The translations under genes and the position numbers were made by a program. The notes beneath the pieces are model-generated. The model was not told the origin of the DNA, ran no database searches, and worked only from the letters and a program-made list of their open reading frames with translations. Below are positions 10,094-19,605 of a DNA stretch of 64,000 bases, in pieces. The stretch is from an uncultured Acidobacteriota bacterium (GTDB lineage Bacteria; Acidobacteriota; Thermoanaerobaculia; UBA5066), in contig CAIMWE010000025.1 of NCBI GenBank assembly GCA_903845115.1, forward strand, positions 26,751 through 90,750, written 5' to 3'. Position 1 is the first letter of the stretch; every line of letters starts with the position of its first letter.

Positions 10094-11244
10094 ATGGGTC
10101 TCGCTCCCGGCACGAGGCTCGGTCCCTACGAGATCCTCGCGCCCCTCGGCGCGGGAGGGATGGGCGAGGTCTACCGGGCCCGCGACACGAAGCTCTCCCG
10201 CGACGTAGCCCTGAAGGTCCTCCCCGACCACCTCTCGGACGACCCGAAGGCGCTCGCCCGCTTCGAGAACGAGGCGAAGGCGGTCGCCGCCCTTTCCCAC
10301 CCGCACATCCTCGCCATCTTCGACTTCGGCCGGATCAACGGGGTCTCCTTCGCCGTCACCGAGCTGCTGGAGGGCGAGACCCTGCGCGTCCTCCTCCAGC
10401 GCGGTGCGCTCCCCCTCCGCCGCGCCCTGGAGATAGCCGGCCAGGTCGCGGACGCCCTCGCCGCCGTCCACGGGAAGGGAATCGTCCACCGGGACGTCAA
10501 GCCCGAGAACGTGATCGTCTCGAAGGACGGCAACGCCAAGCTGCTCGACTTCGGCCTGGCCCGCGGGAAGGTCGTTCCCGGGGCGCATCCGATCCTGACC
10601 GCTCCGCGAGACGTCCGCCTGGGGCGCCGTCCCCCGACCGCGAGTGGCTCGCCACGATGCTCCTGGAGGACGGGGGCCAGCAAGACACACTCCTCGTCCG
10701 TGTGCGGACCGGCGAGACGCGGCGCCTCACGGACGACCCGCTCCGCGAGGATTTCCTCGAATGGGCTCCGGACCGCTCGCAGCTCTATTTCACCGTGGCG
10801 CCGGAGGAGCAGAACGAGCTCCGGAGCATCCGGCCAGACGGGAGCGAAAGGGAGCGAGAGGTCGCCCCCGAGAACGGGCGTGACATCACCGGCGCCCTCG
10901 CCTCGCCCGACGGGCGGTGGGTCGCCGGCTACTCCTACTCCCTGGCGGAGGGCCGCCGCCCGCCGCTCACCCTCTTCGATACGCAGAAGAAGACGTTCGA
11001 GGAGCTGGTCGACCTGAAGGCAACCCCCTGGTGCGGCTGGCTTCCCGACTCCCGGCGCCTTCTCCTCGCGGCTGGGGGAAAGCTGGAGGTCCTCGACCGG
11101 GTGACGCGCACGCTCACTCCGGCCGGGTCGCTCGGGGGCGACGTCCGAACCGTCGTGATCTCCCGCGACGGACGATCGCTCTTCGCGTCGAAGATGGTCG
11201 TCGAGGCGGACATCTGGATGCTCGACTACGGACCCGCTCCTTGA
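10094..11244 (+). pseudogene. Remnant of a Ser/Thr protein kinase-TolB/PD40 beta-propeller gene (frameshift or internal deletion)
   Basis: Frame 2 (10094-~10590) encodes the kinase N-lobe through DFG: GxGxxG loop LGAGGMGEVY, VALKVL, HRDVKPEN and DFGLAR. The activation loop, APE and C-lobe are missing. The frame then runs into Pro/Ser/Arg-rich nonsense. Frame 1 (10657..11244) encodes only about 195 aa of a PD40-type propeller (SPDGRWVAGYS...VISRDGRSLF). Confidence 0.5.
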
Positions 11245-11292
11245 GCCGTGCCGCTGCCGGGGGACGGGGCTTCGGGCCCCGGCCGTCAGAGC

Positions 11293-12000
11293 TCAGCCCT
11301 CGGCCGCGAGGAAGGACCGGATCTCCGGGAAGGCCGCCGAGGGAGCCCGGTGGGCCCCACCGTACCTCGCGTGGCGGGCGAGTCGGTAACGAGTCCCGAG
11401 CATCGCGCCGAAGCCGCCGATCCGCTCCGGCGGGTAGAACGGATCGTCGAGGGTCGAGATGTGGAGCGCGGCCGTGTCCCGCGAGGAGGGGGTTCCTTCC
11501 GGCATCCCGTCCCCCTCCACCCACTCGCCCGGTAGGCCGCCACAGAGGCCGATCAGCGCCCGGAACGGCGTGCCGTGCGGCGGGTCGAGCGACGCCCGAT
11601 AGTTGTGGGCGCATGGCTGGCTGAAGCCGCAGAGCGACACGCGGCCCGCGTCCCCTCCCCGTTCCACCGCCCACGCGATGGCCGCCGCGAGGCACGCCCG
11701 GTGACCCGTCTGGTTGTCGGCCGGAGTCTCCGAGACCCCCCAGTGGTAGCCGCGCTCGCCGGCGGCCGACAGCTCCGCCCCCGGGACGAAGGCCGAGTGG
11801 AGCCCCTGCATCGAGACGAGCAGGAACCCCTCCGGCGCGAGCTGGCGCATCAGGCCGAGGAACGGCTTGGCCCTCATGGCGTACCCGTGGAGGCCGAGGA
11901 GGACCGGAAACGGCCCCGGGCCCTCGGGGAGATCCGCGAGGAGCCGGAGGGGGACCTGGACCGGGACGGAAGCTTCGACGAAGCTCTGGGGACCTTTCAT
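11293..12000 (-). CDS. Alpha/beta hydrolase, phospholipase/carboxylesterase (dienelactone hydrolase-like) family
   Basis: Nucleophile elbow GFSQP, about 235 aa, with typical PLCE fold signatures (HGYAM..., LCGFSQ). Minus strand. Confidence 0.6.
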   Translation of the reverse strand: MKGPQSFVEASVPVQVPLRLLADLPEGPGPFPVLLGLHGYAMRAKPFLGLMRQLAPEGFLLVSMQGLHSAFVPGAELSAAGERGYHWGVSETPADNQTGHRACLAAAIAWAVERGGDAGRVSLCGFSQPCAHNYRASLDPPHGTPFRALIGLCGGLPGEWVEGDGMPEGTPSSRDTAALHISTLDDPFYPPERIGGFGAMLGTRYRLARHARYGGAHRAPSAAFPEIRSFLAAEG

Positions 12001-12044
12001 CGCCTCCTAGGATAGTGGGTCGGAGCACTACACTCGGGTCCGCG

Positions 12045-13403
12045 ATGAGCTTCCCCGTTTCTCCCCGCCCCATCGACCTCCTCGTCCAGGGGGGCACCGT
12101 CGTCTGCGTCGACGACCCCTTCACCGTGATCGAGGAGGGCGCCGTCGCGGTGGACGGGACCGACATCGTGGCGGTCGGCCCGGCCGCGTCGCTGAAGGAG
12201 CGCTTCTCCCCGCGGCGGGTGATCGACGCGACGCGCCACGCCATCCTGCCCGGCCTGGTGAACGGCCACACCCACGTGGCGATGACCCTCTTCCGCGGCA
12301 TGGCGGACGACCTCGCCCTCGAGACCTGGCTGCACGACCACATCTGGCCCGCGGAGGCGGCCTTCGTCGACCGGGTGAGCGTGGGCCACGGGACGACCCT
12401 GGCCTGCGTCGAGATGCTCCGGGGCGGGACGACGACCGCCCTCGACATGTACTGGTTTCCCCGCGAGTGCGCGCTCGCGGCCAGGCGGGCGGGGCTGCGG
12501 CTGGTGGTGGGAGGGGTCCTCATCGACGGCCCGGGGGCCGACGGCCTCTCGCACGAGCAGAGGTTCGCCGAGAACCGGGCGCTCCTGGAGGAGTTCCGGC
12601 ACGACCCGCTCATCGGGACGTCGATCCAGCCACACTCCACGTACACCGTCTCGCCGGAGCACCTCCTGGAGGCGAAGGCCCTGGCGGACGAGTTCGGGGT
12701 CCGCTTCGCGCTCCACACCTCCGAGACGGCGGAGGAGGTCCGGATCGTCCTCGAGAGGTACGGGCGGACCCCCGTCCGGCACCTCCACTCCCTCGGGCTC
12801 CTCGGGCCCCGGACGACCCTCCACCACGCCGTTCACCTCGACGACGAGGAGATCGCGCTGCTCGCCTCGACGGGGGCCTCGGCCGTCCACTGCCTCGAGT
12901 CGGAGCTGAAGCTGGCGTCGGGGATTCCCCGGCTCCCCGACCTCCTCCGCGCGGGGGTCGACGTCGGCCTCGGGACCGACGGGGCCGCGAGCAACAACGA
13001 CCTCGACATGTGGGCCGAGATGCGCCTCTCCGCCCTCCTCTACAAGGCGATCGAGAAGGACCCCACCGCCATCCCGGCCCGCGCGGCGCTGACGCTGGCG
13101 ACGCGGGGCGGGGCGAGGGCCCTCGGCATGGACCACCTCGTCGGGTCGCTCGAGCCGGGGAAGCGCGCGGACCTGGTCCTCGTCGACCTCGACCGGCCGC
13201 ACCTCTCCCCCGTCTACAACGTCGTCTCCCACCTCGTCTACGCCGCCCACAGGGCCGACGTGACGACCGTCCTCGTCAACGGTGTCGTCGTCGTCGAGAA
13301 CGGGCGGACGACGCTGGTGGACGAGCGGGAGGCGATGGACGACGTGCGCGAGGTGGCCGACAGGATCCGGAGGAGAGAGCCTCCCTCCGCCTCCGGCCGT
13401 TAG
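12045..13403 (+). CDS. Amidohydrolase, MtaD-like (5-methylthioadenosine/S-adenosylhomocysteine deaminase family)
   Basis: Metal-binding HxH (VNGHTHVAMT), ...HTSET..., GLGTDGAASNN and ...HAVHLDDEE motifs are typical of the subtype III amidohydrolase / MtaD / guanine deaminase family. Start chosen at MSFPVSPRPIDLLVQGGTVV. Confidence 0.65.
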   Translation: MSFPVSPRPIDLLVQGGTVVCVDDPFTVIEEGAVAVDGTDIVAVGPAASLKERFSPRRVIDATRHAILPGLVNGHTHVAMTLFRGMADDLALETWLHDHIWPAEAAFVDRVSVGHGTTLACVEMLRGGTTTALDMYWFPRECALAARRAGLRLVVGGVLIDGPGADGLSHEQRFAENRALLEEFRHDPLIGTSIQPHSTYTVSPEHLLEAKALADEFGVRFALHTSETAEEVRIVLERYGRTPVRHLHSLGLLGPRTTLHHAVHLDDEEIALLASTGASAVHCLESELKLASGIPRLPDLLRAGVDVGLGTDGAASNNDLDMWAEMRLSALLYKAIEKDPTAIPARAALTLATRGGARALGMDHLVGSLEPGKRADLVLVDLDRPHLSPVYNVVSHLVYAAHRADVTTVLVNGVVVVENGRTTLVDEREAMDDVREVADRIRRREPPSASGR

Positions 13404-13438
13404 TACACGATTTCAGGACCGTCCCCTATACTGCGCGG

Positions 13439-14170
13439 ATGAGAATCCAGCCGCTCCTCGCCGCCTTGCTCCTCGCGAGCGGAGGTCCGTCTCTCTTCGC
13501 TCAGGACCGCCTCCCGGTTGACTGGGACCAGAAGGTCCTGGCGGTCGTCAAGGACCCGGAGCGGGCCCGGAAGGTCTCGGAGGCCGGCCGGCAGAGCGAG
13601 GTGGGGCGGCAGCAGGCGATCGCCGCCGTCAGGAAGGCCCGGGAAAAGCTGGGCGAGGTCTTCCTGTCCAGGACGTCCGAGGCGGTCGATCGCCAGATCT
13701 CCCTCAGCACGTTCCGGGACGACCGGCGGAACGCCGCGTTCCTCTGGATCGACCCGATCTACGGTGTGGGGAACCTCGTCACCAAGAAGGAGTGGAGGGC
13801 GATCTGGCCCGAGGGCTTCTTCGCGTTCCCCCCACCAGCGCCGTCCGCGGCCGGGGAGATCCACGCCATGCTCCCGTCCGTGGTCAGCGACCCGGCCCGC
13901 CAGAGACAGGCGATGGACGTCACGGCGTCGCTCGTGAAGGCCGCGGAGACGAACGAGGCCTCCCGCATGCGGGAGACCAGCCGCCTCCAGAAGCTCCTCG
14001 AGGAGGGCTCGATCCCGCGCGACGAGTGCATCGGCGAGATGGACAAGCTGGAGCAGGCCCAGGCGAAGACGGACGACGAGCTCATCAGGGGCTCGATACG
14101 CCTGCAGAAGATCCTGACGCCGGACGAATGGGCGACGATGGTGCGCGGATTGAAGGCCCAGGCGCGCTGA
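13439..14170 (+). CDS. Hypothetical secreted protein (243 aa)
   Basis: ATG 13439 opens MRIQPLLAALLLASGGPSLFAQ (signal peptide). The rest is charged and helical. The upstream 324 codons of track ORF 12467..14170 are alternate-frame over the amidohydrolase. Confidence 0.45.
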   Translation: MRIQPLLAALLLASGGPSLFAQDRLPVDWDQKVLAVVKDPERARKVSEAGRQSEVGRQQAIAAVRKAREKLGEVFLSRTSEAVDRQISLSTFRDDRRNAAFLWIDPIYGVGNLVTKKEWRAIWPEGFFAFPPPAPSAAGEIHAMLPSVVSDPARQRQAMDVTASLVKAAETNEASRMRETSRLQKLLEEGSIPRDECIGEMDKLEQAQAKTDDELIRGSIRLQKILTPDEWATMVRGLKAQAR

Positions 14171-14176
14171 CGGCGA

Positions 14177-15712
14177 TCAGCCGGCCAGGAGCATCCGGTT
14201 GAGCGGGTCGCGCGTCTCGCCGACCGACGTGACGCGCACGGCAGCCTCCTCGCCCACCGGGCACCTGTTCTCGCAGATCCCGCAGCCGACGCAGCGGAGC
14301 GGCTCGATCCTGGGCCGCTTCAGGTGGACCGTTCCGGCTCCGCCCCGGAGCGGCTCGTCCACCTCGTCGAACCAGATCGCCTTCGGGTCGGTCGGGCAGA
14401 CCTCCTCGCAGACGATGCACGGCGTCTGCATGGCCCAGGGGAGGCATTTCCCCTTGTCGACGAAAGCGGTCCCGATCCGGACCGGCGGCCTCCCGTCGTA
14501 GCCCGTCTTCCGGGCGGCCGGCAGCGGTTCGATCGCCCCGGTCGGGCAGACCTCGCCGCAGCGGGTGCATGCGAACTCGCAGCCGCCCCGGCGCGGCACG
14601 ACGACCGGCGTCCAGAACCCCTCCACCCCCGCCTCGCCGATGGCCGGCTGGAGGGCCCCGGTCGGGCAGGTCTGCTGGCAGAGCGCGCACTTGACGCAGC
14701 GGGAGAGGAACTCCTTCTCGCCCAGGGCGCCGGGAGGACGGATCAGCCCCGCCCTGGCCGCGTCACGGCCACCGCCGGAGACGCGGAGGACCGGCGCGAC
14801 GACGGCGGCGCCGAGGGCGGTGCCGACGAGGGCACGTCGGGAGAGGTCGGGCTTCCGCGGGGGAGCTGGAAGCGCCGGGAGGAGCCCGTACGTCAGCGCC
14901 CCCTCGGGGCACTTCGGCAGGCAGCTGAGGCAGACGTGGCACTCGGCGACCCGGTGGCTCCCGAGCGGCTCGTCGGCCCCCTGGCAGGCGAAGGAGCAGA
15001 GGCGGCAGTCGGTGCAGGCGCTGGCGCCGCGGCCGATCCGGAAGAGGGAGAACCGGGCGAAGAGGCCGAGGAACGCGCCGAGAGGGCAGAGCGCGCGGCA
15101 GAAGAGGCGAGGGATGAATCGGCTCGCGATCAGGAAGCCGAGCAACAGGCCCGCCGCGAGCCACCCGGCCGGCACCGCCCGCCCTCCCGGCAGGAGGGGC
15201 CACACGCCCGAAGAAAGGCCGCGCGCCAGGAGCGAGAGCGGGTCGAGGAGCCCGGTCTGGAGGCTCCCGAAGGCCGCACCGACCAGGAGGGCGACCAGGA
15301 GGTAGGTCTTCAGCGCGAACCAGGGGCGCCACCGGTTCGCCTCGAGGCTCTCCCGCTTCGTCCGCGGCGACAGGATCCACGAGAAGAGCTGCTGGAGCGT
15401 TCCGAATGGACAGATCCAGCCGCAGAAGACGCGGCCGAGGACGAGGGTGAGGAGGAGGAGGCCGATTCCCCAGAGGAGCGCTCCCGGAAGGGTCCCGGCT
15501 CCCATCGGGACAGCCGCTGCCGTGAGAGGGTCGGCGTGGTGGAAGAGGGCGTAGGGGAAGAGCCGTTCGTCCCCCGCGGAGAGGCGGGCGAGAAACCAGA
15601 CGAAGAGGCCGAGAAAAGCCGTCTGGTAGAGAACCCTGATCCGGACGGTCCAGGTCGGCCCGCTCCCCCGGTTCACCCCACCGGCGTCCTCACCCTTCCA
15701 TCCCCCGCTCAT
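14177..15712 (-). CDS. Membrane-bound polyferredoxin of the NapH/MauN family (multiple 4Fe-4S clusters)
   Basis: CGWICPFG motif in a TM segment plus six CxxCxxCxxxCP-type clusters (CVKCALCQQTCPTGA, CTRCGEVCPTGA, CIVCEEVCPTD, CVGCGICENRCPVG, ...). Start at ATG 15712 (MSGGWKGE); 15745 is an alternative. The ATG overlaps the TGA of the upstream lanA-like ORF (ATGA). Confidence 0.7.
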   Translation of the reverse strand: MSGGWKGEDAGGVNRGSGPTWTVRIRVLYQTAFLGLFVWFLARLSAGDERLFPYALFHHADPLTAAAVPMGAGTLPGALLWGIGLLLLTLVLGRVFCGWICPFGTLQQLFSWILSPRTKRESLEANRWRPWFALKTYLLVALLVGAAFGSLQTGLLDPLSLLARGLSSGVWPLLPGGRAVPAGWLAAGLLLGFLIASRFIPRLFCRALCPLGAFLGLFARFSLFRIGRGASACTDCRLCSFACQGADEPLGSHRVAECHVCLSCLPKCPEGALTYGLLPALPAPPRKPDLSRRALVGTALGAAVVAPVLRVSGGGRDAARAGLIRPPGALGEKEFLSRCVKCALCQQTCPTGALQPAIGEAGVEGFWTPVVVPRRGGCEFACTRCGEVCPTGAIEPLPAARKTGYDGRPPVRIGTAFVDKGKCLPWAMQTPCIVCEEVCPTDPKAIWFDEVDEPLRGGAGTVHLKRPRIEPLRCVGCGICENRCPVGEEAAVRVTSVGETRDPLNRMLLAG

Positions 15713-16089
15713 GCCGGGGCGATTCTGCACCCGTCCGGCCGCCACGCGGCTCCGCCGCGCTGGGACGACCCGTGAATGCGGCTCACGAGCAGGGGATGTC
15801 GTCCCAGGAGCTCAGAAATCGAAGCGGCTCCCCGGGTAATGGGGGGGCCCGGAATCGGACCCTTTGGGCCAAGCCCCACGGACCTGGCGTCGTCCGGGCT
15901 AAAGGATCCCGAAGATGAATACACCAGGGCGGTCAGGAGGAGACCGCCGCTCGCCTTGCCGAGTTCCTGCTCTCCGAGCTCCTCGCCCTCTTGAGGCCCC
16001 GTGTCCGACTCCTTGACGGTCTCCTTCTTCAAGGAAATCCCCTCCCCTCCCCCTGCGACCTGGTTCCCCTCTTCTGTACGTCCCGACAT
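15709..16089 (-). CDS. lanA: Lanthipeptide precursor-like ORF 1 (degenerate leader, atypical 75-aa Ser/Gly/Pro-rich core with one Cys)
   Basis: GGGAGG RBS sits 7 nt before ATG 16089. The leader is MSGRTEEGNQVAGGGEGISLKKETVKESDTGPQEGEELGEQELGKASGG. Its ISLKKETVKE block is conserved at nucleotide level (cttgacggtctccttcttca) with the three other precursors, and it ends in GG. The core is LLLTALVYSSSGSFSPDD...RPDGCRIAPA. Confidence 0.45.
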   Translation of the reverse strand: MSGRTEEGNQVAGGGEGISLKKETVKESDTGPQEGEELGEQELGKASGGLLLTALVYSSSGSFSPDDARSVGLGPKGPIPGPPITRGAASISELLGRHPLLVSRIHGSSQRGGAAWRPDGCRIAPA

Positions 16090-16304
16090 CTCGAACCTCC
16101 CTTCTTTCGTCACTCGCCGACTCCTCGTTCAGATCGCCTCGATCGAGTGTGACTTGACCCGGCTCACAATTCCGGCGTCACTTGCGAGGCCGAGTCTCCT
16201 CGGCCGTTCGCGCACGGCCCAAGCGTGCCCCTCGAGGACCGGCCCGCTCCACGGAATCTCGCCCTCCTGCAGGCGGACTGCACGTGCCACGCCGGGCCGC
16301 GCCG

Positions 16305-19300
16305 TCATCGGGCTGGACCCGCCCCAGCCTCCCTGGCGAGGCGCGAGGCATAGAGCCGCGAGAGGAGATCGAGCACGGCGAACTCCTGCCTCCGCTGCGC
16401 GGAGCGGAAGAGCCGGTTCATCTGCATGTGAACGAAGCTGACGGCCAGGTCCGCGAGGGGCCGACCGAGGCGCCCGCTCTTCTCCATCTCTCTAAGCGCC
16501 GCGCTCGGTTCGGCGACGGTTCTGGAACGCGCCCGGAAGACCTCGAGACCGGGGGCGAGGGGACCTTCCGGATCGTCCCGCGCTAGGAGGCTCTCCAGGC
16601 CCCTCGATTCCTTCCGGAACCGCTCGCCCAGGGCGCGCCTCAGGTGCGGCCCCTCGCCGTGCTCCTCGGCCAGGCCCTTGCGAGAGCTCTCCACGATGCG
16701 ACCCTTCTCGTCGGGAGAAAGGCCGAGGTCGTCGAGGAGAGCGTCCGCGCCGACCAGCGCGAGCCGCCACCGTTCCTCGTTCCCAGCGTCCCATTCCTCG
16801 AGGCGGGAGAGGATCTCGATGGCGGCTTCGCTGTCCGCGAAGAAGATCTTCTCGGCCAGTCCGATGGCGCCGGCTCCTCCGTAGCGCTCGATCTCCCGTT
16901 CGTAGGTGTCGAGCTGCATCCGCCAGACGCTTCCCGATTCCAGGAGCGGTGCGACCGCCCCGGAGATCGCACGGAGGGCCTCGTCCCGGAGGCGCGCCGG
17001 ATCCCCGTGCAGGCGAATCCGGACGTGGGGCCGGGGATCGGCATAGCGGACGAAGAACCAGCGGTCGGCAACCCCGCGGACGACCGCCTCGCGGACGATC
17101 GGCGCCAGCACGTCCCGCAGGACCCTCTCGGAGGTCGCGGCGCCGGCATAGATCTTTGCCGAGAGCCACTCCGAGCCGGGAGGGAAGCTCCGCCTCGAGC
17201 GCGGCGAGGGAGGGGCCGGTGGCGGCGCAGGGGCGATGGGAGCGGCGGAGACGGTCCGGGGCGTCTGGACGAAGGGGATCAGCAGCTCGTGGACGTAGCG
17301 CCCTTCCGGCCCGCGAGCGCACAGCTCGTCCGGCCCGGGAAACATCTCCGTCAGCTCGAGGCGCCGGAGTCTCCGGACCTGGTGCAAGAAGGCATCCAGC
17401 GAGAGCGGGGATTCGAGGTCGACCGGAAGACCGTTCTCGCCGTCACTGAGGACGACGTGCCGCGGCAAGCGCCGGCGCTTTCGCCACTCCGCCACCGCCC
17501 GGAACGCCTCCGCCCCTCGCGGCTTCGTCAGCTTCTCGAGCTCTTCTCCTTCCTCGGTCCAGCGCGCGCGGGAGAGGACCGTCCGTCCGCTCCGGACGCG
17601 CGGAAGGAAGGGGGCCGCGGCGAGAGGTCCCCACCTCCACGCGAGGCCTCCGGCAACGCCCTCTTCCTGGAGCTGGCAGAGGAATCTGTAGAGCCCCAGG
17701 CCGAACGCCCCGTAATTGTGGGCCGTCGTCATCCGCGGGAGGACCCGTCGGTTCAGCCGCCGGGATCGAAGGTGGACCTTCCCCCGGACCACCGAGAGCA
17801 TCAGGTCGGTCGCCGGGAGCTGCCGCTCCTCCGGGGCTCCCGACACTCCGAGGAAGGGAATCTCGTATTCGCGGAGGACCGGGCGGAGAAGGACGTTCCC
17901 GGCTCGCGCGTCGGGGAGATGGACCACTTCCGCGAGGATCGACTGCCCCTCGAGCGCTTCCTCCCTTCGCAGGTGCTCGCGGACGAGGGACTCCATTTCC
18001 GGGTTCCTCTGGCAGAAGCGGCCGAGCAGCCGGGCCCCGGACGGGCCTCCCACCCATTCGAGAAGGATCTGGAAACGGCCCGCCGCGAGGTCGGCGTCGG
18101 AGGCGGTGGCCACCTGGACCATCGCCGCGAACGCTCCCGGGAGCGGGCGGGGCTCGCGCGCCGCCAGCGCCTCCAGGTCCTTCGCGGAGAGGACGATCTC
18201 CGTCTCGCCCTTCTCCGCCGCGCCCGTGACCTTTCTCAGGAGGAGACTTTGCACGCCGCCCCACCCCTCCGGACCGCCCCGAAGGGGGAAGGCGAGCCCC
18301 TGCAGGAGCGGCGCTCCCTCGGCTCCGTCTTCCGGATGGGGCGGGAACCCGATCCCCGACTCGTCGTCGAGGGCCTCGACAAGGGGAATCTCCCGCTCCT
18401 CGTAGCGCTCGACGAACGCCTGCCGGAAAGAGGCCAGGAGCGGGTTCTCGCCCGATCCGAGGCGCCACAGCCGCTCGACTCCCCGCCGGACCTCCTCGAG
18501 GACCGCCTTCCCTACGGTCGCTTCGGGAGAGGCCTTCGACAGGTCGACCTGGAAGAGGCGGGAGAGCTCCGGGCGGACCGGAAGCGCCGCCAGCCGCGAG
18601 GCGAGAGTCCGGTAGCGTTCCGGAGGATGACCCGAGACCGAGGCATCCAGGAGCTCCAGCTCGTGGCATGCCTCCCGGAGAACGGTCGAGACCGCCGTCG
18701 AGGTGGGGTTCGCCCCGAGACGATCGGCCATCGAGGCGGCCAGCTCGGGTCCCGTCAGGACGAAGCCGGTCTCGGGGACGAGGACCTGGGCGTCGAGGAG
18801 CTCGTCCAGGTATTCCTTGGCTTCGGCAAGGCTCGTCTCTCCATCGACCAGCGCCCCGGCCAGCTCTCCCGCGCGCGCCCCGGGGCGGGAACGGAGCAGC
18901 GTCGCCGAGTGATGAGGGGCCGGCTCGACCGAGACCAGGTGGAAGGTTCGGTTGCGTCCGTCGACGCGCGCCTCGACGTAGCGGATCCGCTCCCCGACTT
19001 CGTAGAGAGTCGAGTTCGGCCTGAGGACGAGGCCTTCGCGGAGGACCCGGTCGCGCGCGATCGCGTCGTGGAGCGCGAAGAGGAAGTCCGTGTCGAGGCG
19101 GGAGCGCCGCGTGCTGGCTCCGGTCTCCCCCAGCACGAGCCGCGTCGTCCCGCCGGTCCGGCCCGTGGAGGTCCCCGCGAAGAGACCGAAAGGGGTGGCG
19201 CGCCCCGTCATCCGGGAGAAGTACTTGACGATCGCCCGTTCGGCCCGCTCGCCCCGATCGCTTCCCGGGGCCTCGAGCCAGCGGGGGATCGCTTCGTCGA

Positions 19301-19550
19301 GGTCGGGCGAGGCGAGGAAGAGCGCTTCCCGGACCGCCGGGCGAGCGACGAGGTCCCGGAGGCGGCGTCTCTGCAGAACGCGGTCCGCCGCCAGGGCCGC
19401 TTCCAGCTTCTCCGAGTCCTCGACGACGGCCGCCGACGAGAGCCCCTCGCCCCAGCGGAGGAACTCGTCGAAGGGGAGGAGCGGCGTCCGGATCGCGACG
19501 AAGCCGGAAGGCTCGAAGGGAGGGACCCTCTTGCGGTCCGGCGACGTCAT
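16305..19550 (-). CDS. lanB: Class I lanthipeptide dehydratase LanB (full length, glutamylation + elimination domains), about 1081 aa
   Basis: The N-terminus ...PFEPSGFVAIRTPLLPFDEF is the canonical LanB N-terminal motif. The large central region is followed by a SpaB_C-type C-terminal domain (...SFVHMQMNRLF...). Start chosen at ATG 19550 (MTSPDRKRVPPFEP). The track ORF start 19679 is a GTG that would overlap precursor 2 by 74 nt. Confidence 0.8.
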   Translation of the reverse strand: MTSPDRKRVPPFEPSGFVAIRTPLLPFDEFLRWGEGLSSAAVVEDSEKLEAALAADRVLQRRRLRDLVARPAVREALFLASPDLDEAIPRWLEAPGSDRGERAERAIVKYFSRMTGRATPFGLFAGTSTGRTGGTTRLVLGETGASTRRSRLDTDFLFALHDAIARDRVLREGLVLRPNSTLYEVGERIRYVEARVDGRNRTFHLVSVEPAPHHSATLLRSRPGARAGELAGALVDGETSLAEAKEYLDELLDAQVLVPETGFVLTGPELAASMADRLGANPTSTAVSTVLREACHELELLDASVSGHPPERYRTLASRLAALPVRPELSRLFQVDLSKASPEATVGKAVLEEVRRGVERLWRLGSGENPLLASFRQAFVERYEEREIPLVEALDDESGIGFPPHPEDGAEGAPLLQGLAFPLRGGPEGWGGVQSLLLRKVTGAAEKGETEIVLSAKDLEALAAREPRPLPGAFAAMVQVATASDADLAAGRFQILLEWVGGPSGARLLGRFCQRNPEMESLVREHLRREEALEGQSILAEVVHLPDARAGNVLLRPVLREYEIPFLGVSGAPEERQLPATDLMLSVVRGKVHLRSRRLNRRVLPRMTTAHNYGAFGLGLYRFLCQLQEEGVAGGLAWRWGPLAAAPFLPRVRSGRTVLSRARWTEEGEELEKLTKPRGAEAFRAVAEWRKRRRLPRHVVLSDGENGLPVDLESPLSLDAFLHQVRRLRRLELTEMFPGPDELCARGPEGRYVHELLIPFVQTPRTVSAAPIAPAPPPAPPSPRSRRSFPPGSEWLSAKIYAGAATSERVLRDVLAPIVREAVVRGVADRWFFVRYADPRPHVRIRLHGDPARLRDEALRAISGAVAPLLESGSVWRMQLDTYEREIERYGGAGAIGLAEKIFFADSEAAIEILSRLEEWDAGNEERWRLALVGADALLDDLGLSPDEKGRIVESSRKGLAEEHGEGPHLRRALGERFRKESRGLESLLARDDPEGPLAPGLEVFRARSRTVAEPSAALREMEKSGRLGRPLADLAVSFVHMQMNRLFRSAQRRQEFAVLDLLSRLYASRLAREAGAGPAR

Positions 19551-19605
19551 CTCGAGGCGAAGGCCAGGTGGGTGAGATCCGACGACGTTCCGCCGAGACG
19601 GTCCA

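Noticed and set aside
9221-10690. 489-aa minus-strand ORF opposite fdhD and the kinase remnant
   Set aside because: It has no domain signal and an extreme Arg/Gly/Pro/Asp composition. It is antisense to the well-supported fdhD.
12467-14170. 567-aa ORF overlapping the amidohydrolase
   Set aside because: The first 324 codons are an R/G/P-rich alternate frame of the amidohydrolase gene. The genuine protein begins at ATG 13439 with a signal peptide.
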